A stretch of DNA of 45,264 bases from a bacterium (GTDB lineage Bacteria > Planctomycetota > Phycisphaerae > UBA1845). The notes beneath the pieces were generated by a model, which was not told the DNA's origin, ran no database searches, and saw nothing but the letters and a program-made list of their open reading frames with translations. Positions 18,601 through 27,218 of this stretch are shown piece after piece; position 1 is the first letter of the stretch; each line of letters opens with the position of its first letter. Location: the NCBI GenBank assembly GCA_024231775.1, contig JAAEQG010000440.1, positions 1 through 45,264 of the forward strand, read 5' to 3'. The position numbers and the translations under genes were made by a program.

Positions 18601-18852
18601 CAAGCGGTGGTCGAATCCGTACGCACGCGCGTGCGTCCGATCTTCATGACCGCCCTGACCAGCATCTGCGGCATGGCTCCGCTGGTGATCATGCAGGGCC
18701 CGGGCAGCGAGCTGTACCGAGGGCTGGGTTCGGTGGTGGTGGGGGGGCTGCTAGTTTCCACGGTGTTCACTCTGTTCCTGGTCCCGGCGTTGTTTTCGCT
18801 GCTGCTCAGCGCCCGGGGTTGGTTGACCAACACGCTGAGCAACTCGTCGTAG
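15655..18852 (+). CDS. RND efflux permease (AcrB/AcrD/AcrF family)
   Basis: About 1065 aa; AIPISVIGTF, GMVVDNAVVVLENI, GIVVNNAIL and RVRPIFMTALT motifs. Confidence 0.95.
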   Translation: MPIIRYAIDNPVKVSVGVILLVLFGVLSILRIPIQLTPDVDQPKVTVQTYWAGASVQEIEREIVERQEEKLKGVPNLRKMASTSNEGWGQIDLEFFVGVDKNNALRDVSEKMRQVSGYPEEMEEPVIQASDAANESAIAWLIFRGRPEEDVSTLRDYVEDRVKPMLERVPGVASLDVYGGREREVHIRVNPEKLAARGLTYQDLQGSLRGENVSVSAGTITQGKRDYTYRTVGKYEQVAQVENTVIGYDVGGPVFVRDVAKVVNTHKKQQSFVTSMGDYVIALPVRRETGANVIAVMDLLKERISEINRDVLAPEGRSLKQVYDETIYIHSAINLVKNNILFGGVLAVAVLLLFLRSGRATFVVAAAIPISVIGTFLAVTLLGRNLNVVMLAGLAFAVGMVVDNAVVVLENIFRHRQMGADLFQAALKGASEVWGAVLASTLTTMAVFVPVVFVEEEAGQLFRDIAIAISAGVGLSLLVSILVIPPLANKVLHIREQHRRDGERTGRVAGIVAGTVERINRSVFARLGLVACLTAASLAGAKFLMPPTDYLPSGNQNLIFGLIFTPPGYSMDEFRRMGDTLMDGKPGQPFGLRQFWEAELGSTAAANLPPVTMSSGEGDSFEMIPPPVENFFYVAWGGMCFMGCSSQDPAAITPLVPVLARAAGLVEGTFPVFSQMSIFEQLGGGNKVDLEILGTDLEEVTQVAGMLFGQCLQRFGFPQPNPGNFNLPRDEIRFVPNRVKAAHVGLSVRDVAFIVEAAVDGAYVGGFRDRGDEIDMAVMIEHDLNTKEGIGQIPIHTPRGRIIPLSSVVDIVSTTSPQQILRIEELPAVSLSITPQGQPLEQIMQTIEEEIIKPGREAGMIPPTVTTRLAGTADKLTETFTAVKWNLALAILITYLLMAGLFESFTYPFVIMFSVPLATVGGFISLAIMHWVTGRNPLVPTIQLDVVTMLGFIILIGIVVNNAILIVHQSLNNMRDGGMEGQQAVVESVRTRVRPIFMTALTSICGMAPLVIMQGPGSELYRGLGSVVVGGLLVSTVFTLFLVPALFSLLLSARGWLTNTLSNSS

Positions 18853-18889
18853 TCGACTCCAGCCAAGCCGAATCGAGACGCGCGGGTAC

Positions 18890-18917
18890 CCCGTACCTTG
18901 CGCAACGCAAGGGCGGG
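18890..18917. terminator. Hairpin between the convergent RND permease and tsaA genes
   Basis: ccttgcg-caa-cgcaagg core extended by cccgt/gcggg; lacks a clear U-tract. Confidence 0.35.
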
Positions 18918-18920
18918 AAC

Positions 18921-19412
18921 TCACCGACTGAATCGGTCATCGGCACCACCCCCTACGCTGTCGGGCAGCGTGGAAGGCACCCAACCGGAGGTCGCCTCCG
19001 GGCGGGCGTCAAAGCGTGGTACGAACGGCTTGATGTCCAGGAGCGGGGTGCCGTCGAGGATGTCCAACTCCCGGACACGCAGGCGCGAACCCTCTCGCCT
19101 CACCAGGCGCACGATGGACAGGCCGAGTCCGTTGGGTCTGGCGGGGGCTCGCGTAGCGAAGACCCCGCGGGGTTTGTCGTCGAGGAACGGGACGCAGGTC
19201 AGCGTCGGGGTCCGGGCGCGATCGAACGCGTACAGCAAATGCAGATGGGAGAACGCATCCACGTCGCCAAGCCCCTCGGCGAACTCCTCGAATACTTCGA
19301 CCGTGCCCTCCGCCTGAGGGGCGAGCACACTCTGGATCGGTGTGCCCGCCGACTGTTTGAAAGGAGAATGGATGATTCCGATAGGTTTAAACGTGATCGT
19401 CTGTCCTTGCAC
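18921..19412 (-). CDS. tsaA: tRNA (N6-threonylcarbamoyladenosine(37)-N6)-methyltransferase TrmO/TsaA family
   Basis: PIGIIHSPF, GVFATRAPARPNGLGLS and LDILDGTPLLDIKPF motifs. Confidence 0.92.
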   Translation of the reverse strand: MQGQTITFKPIGIIHSPFKQSAGTPIQSVLAPQAEGTVEVFEEFAEGLGDVDAFSHLHLLYAFDRARTPTLTCVPFLDDKPRGVFATRAPARPNGLGLSIVRLVRREGSRLRVRELDILDGTPLLDIKPFVPRFDARPEATSGWVPSTLPDSVGGGADDRFSR

Positions 19413-19460
19413 GGCTGGTCGCCCCCTTTCATGATCGTACCTGTTCGACTCGATCGATGG

Positions 19461-20300
19461 TCACGGCAGGGTGATCTCCAGACCGGCTGACGCGGGGATA
19501 CACCGCTCCCCGAAGACCTGCATCATGCCGGCGATGGCCCGCATGCCGGTGCAGTGCGCCGGGTAGACCCGCTGCACATCATGGCGATGCAACGCCGCCG
19601 TGGTCTGGGTGATGCGCTCCTCATCGGCACCGTGTAGGTGAAACCCCCCGAGCACGGCGTACACCTGCCGTCCACCGGTCAGTTGGGATATGTAGTGCAG
19701 CGTGTTGACCAATCCGGAATGAGCGCAGCCGGTCAGCACCACCAGCCCGGCGGCGGTCTCGACAAACATGGCTTGATCGTCGAGCAGGTGATCCTCCCGG
19801 GTGCAGGCTTCGTCGAGGTAGAATGGGGCGTCAGACTCCTCGAAGGCGTGACGCCGTGGGATTTCTCCGGTGAGCTGGACGCCCTCGGCCAACCGAGTGG
19901 GTTCCTCCGTCGTAACCACGTGCGACACCCGGGCGCGCAGGTCCTCGAGGCTGCTCACCATCGACCCAACGCTACGCACCACGCCGTCCTTCCTCCGGCC
20001 AAACTTGGCTTCAAACGCTCGCGGATGGACATAGACCGTGGCCCGGGGGCACAGATCCAGCACCTCGGGCAAGCCGTCTGCATGATCGTAATGCCCATGA
20101 CTGAGCACGATGGCGTCGGCGCGGGCCAGGTCCACGCCCAGTACCTCGGCGTTATGGCGCAGGACCATCCCCTGTCCGGTGTCAAACAGAAGGTTCAGAC
20201 CGTTAACTTCCATCCACAAGGCCAGCCCGTGCTCCGCCAACACCCCGCGGGCGCCCGCGGTGTTCTCCGCCAGAACCACAATACGCAGATTTCCCGCCAT
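19461..20300 (-). CDS. MBL-fold metallo-hydrolase (7,8-dihydropterin-6-yl-methyl-RFA-P synthase-like family)
   Basis: AEHGLA, LFDTGQG, LSHGHYDHADG, DDQA, GCAHSG, GGFHL and HCTG motifs; likely start MAGNLRIVVLAEN. Confidence 0.88.
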   Translation of the reverse strand: MAGNLRIVVLAENTAGARGVLAEHGLALWMEVNGLNLLFDTGQGMVLRHNAEVLGVDLARADAIVLSHGHYDHADGLPEVLDLCPRATVYVHPRAFEAKFGRRKDGVVRSVGSMVSSLEDLRARVSHVVTTEEPTRLAEGVQLTGEIPRRHAFEESDAPFYLDEACTREDHLLDDQAMFVETAAGLVVLTGCAHSGLVNTLHYISQLTGGRQVYAVLGGFHLHGADEERITQTTAALHRHDVQRVYPAHCTGMRAIAGMMQVFGERCIPASAGLEITLP

Positions 20301-20498
20301 GATTACTCGCCGGGGACTCAGCCGCCGCCTCGTTTTCGCCACACCGGCAGCAAACGTGTCTCCGTCTGCGCCGGTCCCACGCTTCATCATAGCCCCAGCG
20401 CCCACAGAGGACAGCAGGGCGCTCCAATCAGTGCCGTTTCCAAGAGGGTGGCGTTGGGCTCTACGGTTGTTGTCGCGGTCGGGGTCTTGCCACGGGCG

Positions 20499-21938
20499 CT
20501 ACCCCCACTGCGGCTTGAGTATCGTCCGGTAGTTCGAGGCGACCACCAGCAGCATCACGATCATGACCGCAAGCGCCACCAGACGGCGCAGACCCGAAGC
20601 CGAGCGCCACTGAAGGCCCGGCTGGGCCAGAAAGCTCGCCGTGGCGATCATCAGCAGGGGCATGAAACCCAAACGAAACCGGGAGCATGCGAATGTAATC
20701 AGCGTCGGGAGCACCTGACTGCCGATGAAGAGCGCGAACAGATTGGCGAAACGACGATGCGGCGTCAGCACCAGTCCGCCAACCCCAGGTACCACCACGC
20801 ACACATACACTCCCACCGCCAGAACCACCATCACCACGCGTACAGCCGGCGCATTGAGCACCTCCGGTCGGAAGTGGTAGCCCCATTCTCCCGCCCAACC
20901 GGCGGCGCCCGGGGTCCCCAGCAGGCGCCCGACCGCAAAGGAGTTGGGGGTGAACAACCGGGGCACGTCCCGGCGGATCTTCTCGACAGGCCACCAGGGC
21001 AGGCGCTCGGCGATCGCCGCCAAGGCCAACCGGCGGGCGGCCAGCTCACGCTCCGAGCGAGTCTGCCCCAACATGCGATAGTGGGTCTTGGGACGTACCC
21101 GCGGGCCGTCCGGCTCGAGCTGCACCGGACGCCCATTGCCTATGTAGAGGTTCAAGTAGCTCGTGTAGCTCAGCAGAACGAAGTGATCGCTCGACCTGTT
21201 GACCCGCAACGTCCACGGGAGGATCACCAGTCCCGCCGTCAGAGCGAACGTTGCGCCTGCAGCCAACGCCCAGCCAATCCGCTGCCGCCCGATCCATACC
21301 AGCCAACCGGCTGCGAAAGGCAGAAACATCAGGCCCGCTTCACGGGTTAGTGCTCCACCTCCCAAGACCGCGCCGGCGAGAATAACCTTCCACATTCGCG
21401 GCGCACCTTCATGCCAGACGAGCACCGACAGACCGGCGGTGACGATCAGCACATAGAGCGATTCGGTCCACAGGTAGTGACTGTAGGCTATGAAGGTTGG
21501 GTAGAACGCGGCGATGCCCGTGGCCCACAACCCCACGCGTGTTCCGCCGAATCGCCGCCCCAGGTAGAAGATGAACGGCAGGGCCAGCACGCTTAGCGCC
21601 ACATTGCCCGCCCGGGCTACCGTAACCGAGGGTTCCCCCAGAGAGAACAGCCCCCCCAGGAAGCACCAAAACGCCGGCGGCCGCTTGCCCTCATCAAAGA
21701 CAGGCTGCCCGGCGGCGAGCTGACGCCCGCGCAGCATATACTCCCCTTCGTCCCCCACCAGCCCCGTCGGTTCCACCGTCCAGACCGCCAGGCCGCGAAT
21801 CAGCAGCGCCAGGAGGATGATCCCCAGCAGCCACGGTATCGCCCGGGAGCGGCGGTCGATGGCGGCGTCCGATCCCCGCGGGGTCTCCGCCGTTCGCCGC
21901 GGCTTGTGCCGATGCTGCTGCTTCTTGTTCCTGGCCAT
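20499..21938 (-). CDS. GT39/ArnT-like (PMT_2) membrane glycosyltransferase
   Basis: GDEGEY after the first TM, RPP, FYPTFIAYSHYLWTE, LTR, PWTLR and RFRL motifs; multiple TM helices. Confidence 0.82.
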   Translation of the reverse strand: MARNKKQQHRHKPRRTAETPRGSDAAIDRRSRAIPWLLGIILLALLIRGLAVWTVEPTGLVGDEGEYMLRGRQLAAGQPVFDEGKRPPAFWCFLGGLFSLGEPSVTVARAGNVALSVLALPFIFYLGRRFGGTRVGLWATGIAAFYPTFIAYSHYLWTESLYVLIVTAGLSVLVWHEGAPRMWKVILAGAVLGGGALTREAGLMFLPFAAGWLVWIGRQRIGWALAAGATFALTAGLVILPWTLRVNRSSDHFVLLSYTSYLNLYIGNGRPVQLEPDGPRVRPKTHYRMLGQTRSERELAARRLALAAIAERLPWWPVEKIRRDVPRLFTPNSFAVGRLLGTPGAAGWAGEWGYHFRPEVLNAPAVRVVMVVLAVGVYVCVVVPGVGGLVLTPHRRFANLFALFIGSQVLPTLITFACSRFRLGFMPLLMIATASFLAQPGLQWRSASGLRRLVALAVMIVMLLVVASNYRTILKPQWG

Positions 21939-22024
21939 CGGTGCCTCAGAGAAACACGGTCCGATCGTCGTTGATCGGGATGGAGTCAGGTGTGATCGCC
22001 ATAGAGCGCGGTCGTCGGCCCCAA

Positions 22025-22492
22025 TCACCCGCTTCGCTTGCCTCGGGAATCATCCGCGAAGAACGTGGCCTCAGCCCGGGCGCAGGTTTCCTCTTCCTGC
22101 ACAAGCTCCGCTTGGAGAATGTATAACGGCGGTGTCGTCTCCTTGATGCGGGCTCGAACCACCGCGTCCACGCCGAGTCGAACCGGGTGGCGAAAGCGAA
22201 CGCTCAGCTTCGCTGTAACCGCGCGAATCTTCTGCAGGAAGAGGCAGTTCGTCATCGCGGCGTCGAGCAGCATGGAGACCACGCCACCATGCAGCCGATC
22301 CGGATAGCCCTGATAGCTGGCGTCGCACGCGAAGTGTCCGACCACGCTCCCGTCAGCCTCCGCTTCAAAGCGAAGCCCAAGACCGCCCTCATGCTCCCCT
22401 CGGCAGACGAGGCACGAAGGGTGACAGGCCTGGCTTAGTCCACTCGAACTCTCGACTTGGCTGTGCGCTTCATCCATCAATACTCTCCCCAT
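22025..22492 (-). CDS. PaaI family hot-dog-fold thioesterase
   Basis: CLVC.....GLGLRF, YQGYPDRLHGGVVSMLLDAAM and VTAKLSVRFRHPV motifs. Confidence 0.88.
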   Translation of the reverse strand: MGRVLMDEAHSQVESSSGLSQACHPSCLVCRGEHEGGLGLRFEAEADGSVVGHFACDASYQGYPDRLHGGVVSMLLDAAMTNCLFLQKIRAVTAKLSVRFRHPVRLGVDAVVRARIKETTPPLYILQAELVQEEETCARAEATFFADDSRGKRSG

Positions 22493-22601
22493 TTCTGGTT
22501 CGTGGCATCATAATCCCCCTTCGAGCTGATTGACAGTAAAGTGGCCATCGTGGACCATGCATTCTCACGACACGGCACGTGCATCGGTGGAGCAGATCAG
22601 C

Positions 22602-22916
22602 ATGGTCATCGTCAACACAGAGACCGTCCCCGGTTATACGATCACGGAACTCAAGGGTTTGGTGCAGGGCAACACTATTCGGGCCAAGCACATGGGGCGA
22701 GACATCGCCGCCGGATTCAAAAACCTCGTGGGTGGCGAACTCAAAGGCTACACCGAGCTGCTCACCGAAGCCCGGCGACAGGCCTTGGAGCGGATGATGG
22801 CCCAGGCTCAGGAGTTGGGGGCCAACGCTGTCGTCAACGTGCGCTTCACCACGAGCGCGGTGACCCAAGGCGCCGCCGAACTGTACGCCTACGGCACGGC
22901 GGTGATCATCGAGTAG
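22602..22916 (+). CDS. YbjQ/UPF0145 family protein
   Basis: GLVQGNTIRAKHMGRDI.AGFKNLVGGEL.GYT.LL.EAR..A..RM and ELYAYGTAV motifs; ATG 22602 after GGAG. Confidence 0.93.
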   Translation: MVIVNTETVPGYTITELKGLVQGNTIRAKHMGRDIAAGFKNLVGGELKGYTELLTEARRQALERMMAQAQELGANAVVNVRFTTSAVTQGAAELYAYGTAVIIE

Positions 22917-22929
22917 GGAGAGACCGCTC

Positions 22930-23394
22930 GTGTTTCAGACTTGGTTCAACATTGCATCCGTGCTCTTCCTGCTCGTGCTCGGGTATGTGGTCGGTCGGGC
23001 GCGCGAGCGTCGTCACTTCCGCTCCCTGGCGATTCGCGAGGGTCAGTATGCCGACATCACCATCACCAACCTTAAGCAGGTCCACGACGTCGGCGCAGTA
23101 TGTCGATCGGGGCTGGTGATGGGTGAGGCGGTCATCGCCACCGACTACTTCAAGAGCTTTGCCGCCAAACTGCGTAACATCGTCGGCGGAGAGATGCGCA
23201 CCTTCGAGACCCTGATGGTCAGAGCCCGGCGAGAAGCTTCATTGCGCATGCTGGCACAGGCCCGTGCGCTGGGGGCTGTCGAAGTCTGCAACGTCCGCTA
23301 TGAGACCTCCAATATCCGCAGCGGCAGCGGCCGTCGCAACCCGGGGGTCAGCGTCGAGGTCTTCGCCTTCGGGACCGCGGTGGTGCGGGAATAA
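22930..23394 (+). CDS. Membrane-anchored YbjQ-like protein (second paralog)
   Basis: N-terminal TM, ERRHF, DYFK.FAA.LRNIVGGEM..FETL..RARREA.LRM and EVFAFGTAV motifs. Confidence 0.88.
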   Translation: MFQTWFNIASVLFLLVLGYVVGRARERRHFRSLAIREGQYADITITNLKQVHDVGAVCRSGLVMGEAVIATDYFKSFAAKLRNIVGGEMRTFETLMVRARREASLRMLAQARALGAVEVCNVRYETSNIRSGSGRRNPGVSVEVFAFGTAVVRE

Positions 23395-23399
23395 CCATC

Positions 23400-24284
23400 G
23401 TGGGTGGAAGCGAAGACGAACATATCGCCGGTCGCGAACCTCACTTTCAGTCAAGGCGCGCCGAGCCTGACCCCTCCGAAGAGAAAGTCCGCCGCCAACT
23501 CGAGCACGAAGCCGCCCGAGACCGAGCGCCATATCGACCGGGCGAAAGCGTCTACGACGAACCGGACATCCTCCCCGGCCGGGACCATCAGCCCATCGAG
23601 CAGGAATGGCGTTGCAGCGAATGCGGCTACAACCTGCAGGGTCTGCCCGCCGGGCATCCTTGCGCCGAGTGCGGTCACCGTGAACTGTACCGCCCTCCAC
23701 CACCGGGGGTGAACAGCTACTACACCTGGGTGCGCTCCCATCTGGCGAAGACGTCTGCGGGCACGGGTTGGGCGGTTGCGGTCGCAGCCGCCTTGGCTGG
23801 GGGACTTTGGGCGGTGCTGGCATCGCTGATCGGCCAGGCTACCCAAGGGGGCGGAGCGGGCGTTCTGCTGCTACTGGTCGTATTCGGTCCGGCCATTGAA
23901 GAGACGATGAAGATCGCCGTCGCAGCCTATGTGGTGGAACTCCGCCCGTACCTGTTCCGGCGTATCGAGCAGTTGCAGTTGGCGACCATAGGCTCGGCTG
24001 CCGTTTTCGCCGTCATCGAGAATATGATGTACTTGTATGTTTATTTTCCTAACCATACCCGCGAATACGCTCTCTTCCGCTGGACGGTCTGCGTCGCACT
24101 GCACGTCGTCTGCACCCTGGTAGCCTGTCGGGCGCTGTTTGGGCCTTGGCGCGAGGCACTCTCCGAGGGACGACAACCGCGAATCACCCGGCAGTCCCGC
24201 TGGATACTGGCGGCGATTGTGCTCCACGGCATCTACAACGGATCGGTGTTCCTGTACGAATCGTTCGGGACGCCCCTGCGCTAG
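23400..24284 (+). CDS. PrsW-family intramembrane glutamic/metallo-protease with N-terminal zinc ribbon
   Basis: GPAIEETMK (EExxK), FAVIEN, H in LHVVCT and LHGIYN; N-terminal CSECGYNLQGLPAGHPCAECG. Confidence 0.82.
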   Translation: MGGSEDEHIAGREPHFQSRRAEPDPSEEKVRRQLEHEAARDRAPYRPGESVYDEPDILPGRDHQPIEQEWRCSECGYNLQGLPAGHPCAECGHRELYRPPPPGVNSYYTWVRSHLAKTSAGTGWAVAVAAALAGGLWAVLASLIGQATQGGGAGVLLLLVVFGPAIEETMKIAVAAYVVELRPYLFRRIEQLQLATIGSAAVFAVIENMMYLYVYFPNHTREYALFRWTVCVALHVVCTLVACRALFGPWREALSEGRQPRITRQSRWILAAIVLHGIYNGSVFLYESFGTPLR

Positions 24285-24312
24285 CCTGCGCCCGTCGCCT
24301 CGAGCCTGTTGA

Positions 24313-27126
24313 TCAGGGCTCGCGACACGGTTGGTGATTCTGGTAACTGGCCATTCGTATTCTGATTCTTTGGGCGAGGCTGGCTTGCTTGCCCTGGTCC
24401 GCAAGTTTTGCGGCACGCCGAGCGGTGGCGATCGCCTCATCAAACTGCCCGGCTTCTGCGTAGGCGGCGGCCAGCGTGTCCAGCACACTGGCATCTTTCC
24501 CTCCGGCTGCGGCATCAGCCAGTCCTGCCAACCGCACGGCTTCCGCTCCGTCGCGGAGCTTGGCGTCCGCCGAAGTCGCCAGGCGCCAGGCGAGGTCGTT
24601 GGCGAGAGTGGGATCGTCGGGCAGCACCGCCAAGCCCTGGCGGATTGCTTCCATGGCTCGGACTGCATCCCCCTGGGTGTCGAAGAACGCCGCGGTCTGG
24701 ATGTACGCGTCTGCTTGGTCAGAATTAGCCTTCAACAAGCGGACATACACCTGCTTCGCCTGATCGTTCCGCCCTGACTGCTCGAGCACCCGGGCGAGTT
24801 CCACAAATGCTCGGGTGTAGTCCGGCTTCAGCTCGATAGCCTTGCGGTATTGGGCGATGGCTTCATCAAGCTTACCGCACAGCGCCAAGTTGAGACCGTA
24901 GTTGAGCCGTGCCTGCGGAATCTCCGGCTGAAGGTCTGCGGCGCGTTGAAGATGCTGCGTGGCGGCACGGTGGTTGCCCGTCTGTGCGTGCCACTCTGCC
25001 AGCCGTCGGTGAATCGAAACACTGTCCGGCGCCGCTTGCGAGGCACGCGTCAACACATCGATCGCCTCGGCGATGCGCCCGGCTTTATGCAGCATTTCGC
25101 CGAGGAACGCCGTAGCCTGGCCATGCTCCGGATCCAACCGGACGGCGGTCTTCAGCTTATCGATCGCCTCGTCCTGCCGGCCGAGCGCCCGAAAGACCAT
25201 CCCCCACTTGAAGTAAACCTCCGCGCGGTTGGGAGCCAGACTCGCCGCAGTTTGATACTCGATCAGGGCCTCGTCGTAGCGCTCGTCTTCGGCGTAGATA
25301 TTAGCCAGCCCGAGATGAGTTCCCGCCAGCGTGGGATCCGCGGCGATAGCCCGCAAGTAGCTCGCCTCCGCCTGCTCGAGATCACCCTGGTACTCCTGCG
25401 CAGCCGCCAGGGCGAACTGAATCTCCGGGCTGTGCGGAGCCAGCTCCAGGGCCTTCCGGTACGCCTCCAGGGCCGGCTCCGCTTTCCCCTGGGCGAGCAG
25501 TGCATTGCCCAGCTCTTGCATGGCGCCGGCGTTGTCCGGCTCCATCTCGAGAAAACGACGGTAGTGCTCCTCCGCCTCGGCGTAGGCTCCGGCCCGCATG
25601 GCGCCGAGCCCCAGGCTACTCATCTCGATCACCGCAATGCGATCGCGCGGGTGGGGACCTACCGGAGCGAAATGATCCAGTTCGCTTCCCCCAGAGGTGG
25701 ACTCTCTGCGGTTGGGGTCAGCTCCGGTCGCCAGATATCCCAGGGCTTGCAGCTTGCGGATCTCGTCCGGACTCATGACCTTTTCGGCGACGCGGCTCCC
25801 TGGCGGAGCGGGGGAGGTGGCGATCAGCTCGCGCAGCCGATCGCGCATAGCCGCGGTGCGCTCCGTCTCTCGCCCAGCCAGATTGAATAGTTCCATCCTG
25901 TCTTCGGCAACGTGATACAGTTCCGGCTGTGGTCCGTGGATGTACTTCCAACCGTCTGCGCGCAGGCAGCGCAGCGCCGCATACCCAAACTCCATCTGGG
26001 CACTGAGCGTGTCGCTGTAACACGGTCGCCCATCGCTCTCTCCGTCGGTGCCCAGCAGCGGGAGCAGGCTGGACCCCTGCATTTGCCTGGTGGAATCCAT
26101 GCCCACCAGGGCGAGGATCGTCGGGGCCAAATCAACCAAGCGAACTTGGTCTTCCACCACTCTCCCGGCGGGGATTAGTCCGGGTCCGCGCATGATCAAG
26201 GGCACGTGCAGGGTCGCGTCGTAGAGGAAGAACGCGTGGGTCCTCTCGCCGTGCTGGCCGCGCCCTTCGCCATGGTCGCCGGTCAGGATCACCACCGTGT
26301 TGTCCGCCAACCCCAGCTCATCCAGCGCGGTGAGGAACAAACCCACCTGTTCGTCCACAAAGGCGATTTCCGCCAGGTAGCCGTCCGCGTACTGGCGGGC
26401 GAAGCGCTCGGGAGCGGCGTAGCTCTTATGCGGATCGAAGTAGTGCAGGAAGAGGAAGAACGGTTCATCCTGGTGCTTCTTGAGCAGTTCGATCCCGTGC
26501 CGAGTGATGTCTTCCGCGGTGCGCTCGAAGTACTCCGCCAGCACCTGAGCGCGCCGATCGGTTACCGTGGCGGTCATGGTGTCGTTGTAGGTGTCGAAGC
26601 CCTGGGCCAACCCGTATCTCCGGCCTATTACGCCGGCAGCCACTTCGGCGTGGGTGGAGATCCCCTCCTGCCGAAGGACTTCCGCCACGGTCACGTTCTC
26701 CTCGCCCAGCAAGAATAGGCCGTTATCCCGCGCCCCATGCACAAAGGGATACGACCCCGTCATCATGGTCGCGTGCGAAGTCAGCGTTACCGGGCTGGAC
26801 GAAACGCAATTGGCGAATCGGGTGCCTTCCTCCGCAAGACGATCGAGGTTGGGTGTGCGGATTTTCTCGCAACCGTAGCAACCCAGGTGATCGGCACGCG
26901 TGGTGTCCATGCTGATCAGCACAATGTTGGTGGCGGTTGGACTCTTTCCCCGGACACCGTCCGATTTCCTTGTCGAGGCGTCTTCACCCGCACATCCGCC
27001 ACCGAGCAGCAGCAGTATCCCCCACGCACAACAGGCGACATGGAACCGCCGGTCACGCGGCGCCGGCTTGCTCGACCAGAATGACCCGGTATGTGCGAAC
27101 AGTGTGGTTGTCATGGCTATGATCAC
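24313..27126 (-). CDS. Sulfatase-like (alkaline phosphatase superfamily) hydrolase with C-terminal TPR array; probable lipoprotein
   Basis: ISMDTTRADH, PVTLTSHATMMTG, HYFDPH, GDHGE and L.ALGY motifs, then many TPRs; LGGGC lipobox-like segment. Confidence 0.88.
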   Translation of the reverse strand: MIIAMTTTLFAHTGSFWSSKPAPRDRRFHVACCAWGILLLLGGGCAGEDASTRKSDGVRGKSPTATNIVLISMDTTRADHLGCYGCEKIRTPNLDRLAEEGTRFANCVSSSPVTLTSHATMMTGSYPFVHGARDNGLFLLGEENVTVAEVLRQEGISTHAEVAAGVIGRRYGLAQGFDTYNDTMTATVTDRRAQVLAEYFERTAEDITRHGIELLKKHQDEPFFLFLHYFDPHKSYAAPERFARQYADGYLAEIAFVDEQVGLFLTALDELGLADNTVVILTGDHGEGRGQHGERTHAFFLYDATLHVPLIMRGPGLIPAGRVVEDQVRLVDLAPTILALVGMDSTRQMQGSSLLPLLGTDGESDGRPCYSDTLSAQMEFGYAALRCLRADGWKYIHGPQPELYHVAEDRMELFNLAGRETERTAAMRDRLRELIATSPAPPGSRVAEKVMSPDEIRKLQALGYLATGADPNRRESTSGGSELDHFAPVGPHPRDRIAVIEMSSLGLGAMRAGAYAEAEEHYRRFLEMEPDNAGAMQELGNALLAQGKAEPALEAYRKALELAPHSPEIQFALAAAQEYQGDLEQAEASYLRAIAADPTLAGTHLGLANIYAEDERYDEALIEYQTAASLAPNRAEVYFKWGMVFRALGRQDEAIDKLKTAVRLDPEHGQATAFLGEMLHKAGRIAEAIDVLTRASQAAPDSVSIHRRLAEWHAQTGNHRAATQHLQRAADLQPEIPQARLNYGLNLALCGKLDEAIAQYRKAIELKPDYTRAFVELARVLEQSGRNDQAKQVYVRLLKANSDQADAYIQTAAFFDTQGDAVRAMEAIRQGLAVLPDDPTLANDLAWRLATSADAKLRDGAEAVRLAGLADAAAGGKDASVLDTLAAAYAEAGQFDEAIATARRAAKLADQGKQASLAQRIRIRMASYQNHQPCREP

Positions 27127-27218
27127 AAATCAAGGTACAGGTGGGCGGACACGAAGCCGGACACCCCGTGATCGCGGACGGAGCCACAAGCTTCCCCAGT
27201 CCCCGGCGGCCAACCGGG

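Noticed and set aside
19638-21350. 570-aa plus-strand ORF and other long overlapping ORFs (4390-5730, 8656-9984, 14209-15558, 36911-38401, 38398-39609)
   Set aside because: They are antisense or alternate-frame shadows of well-supported genes in high-GC DNA and show no recognisable motifs.
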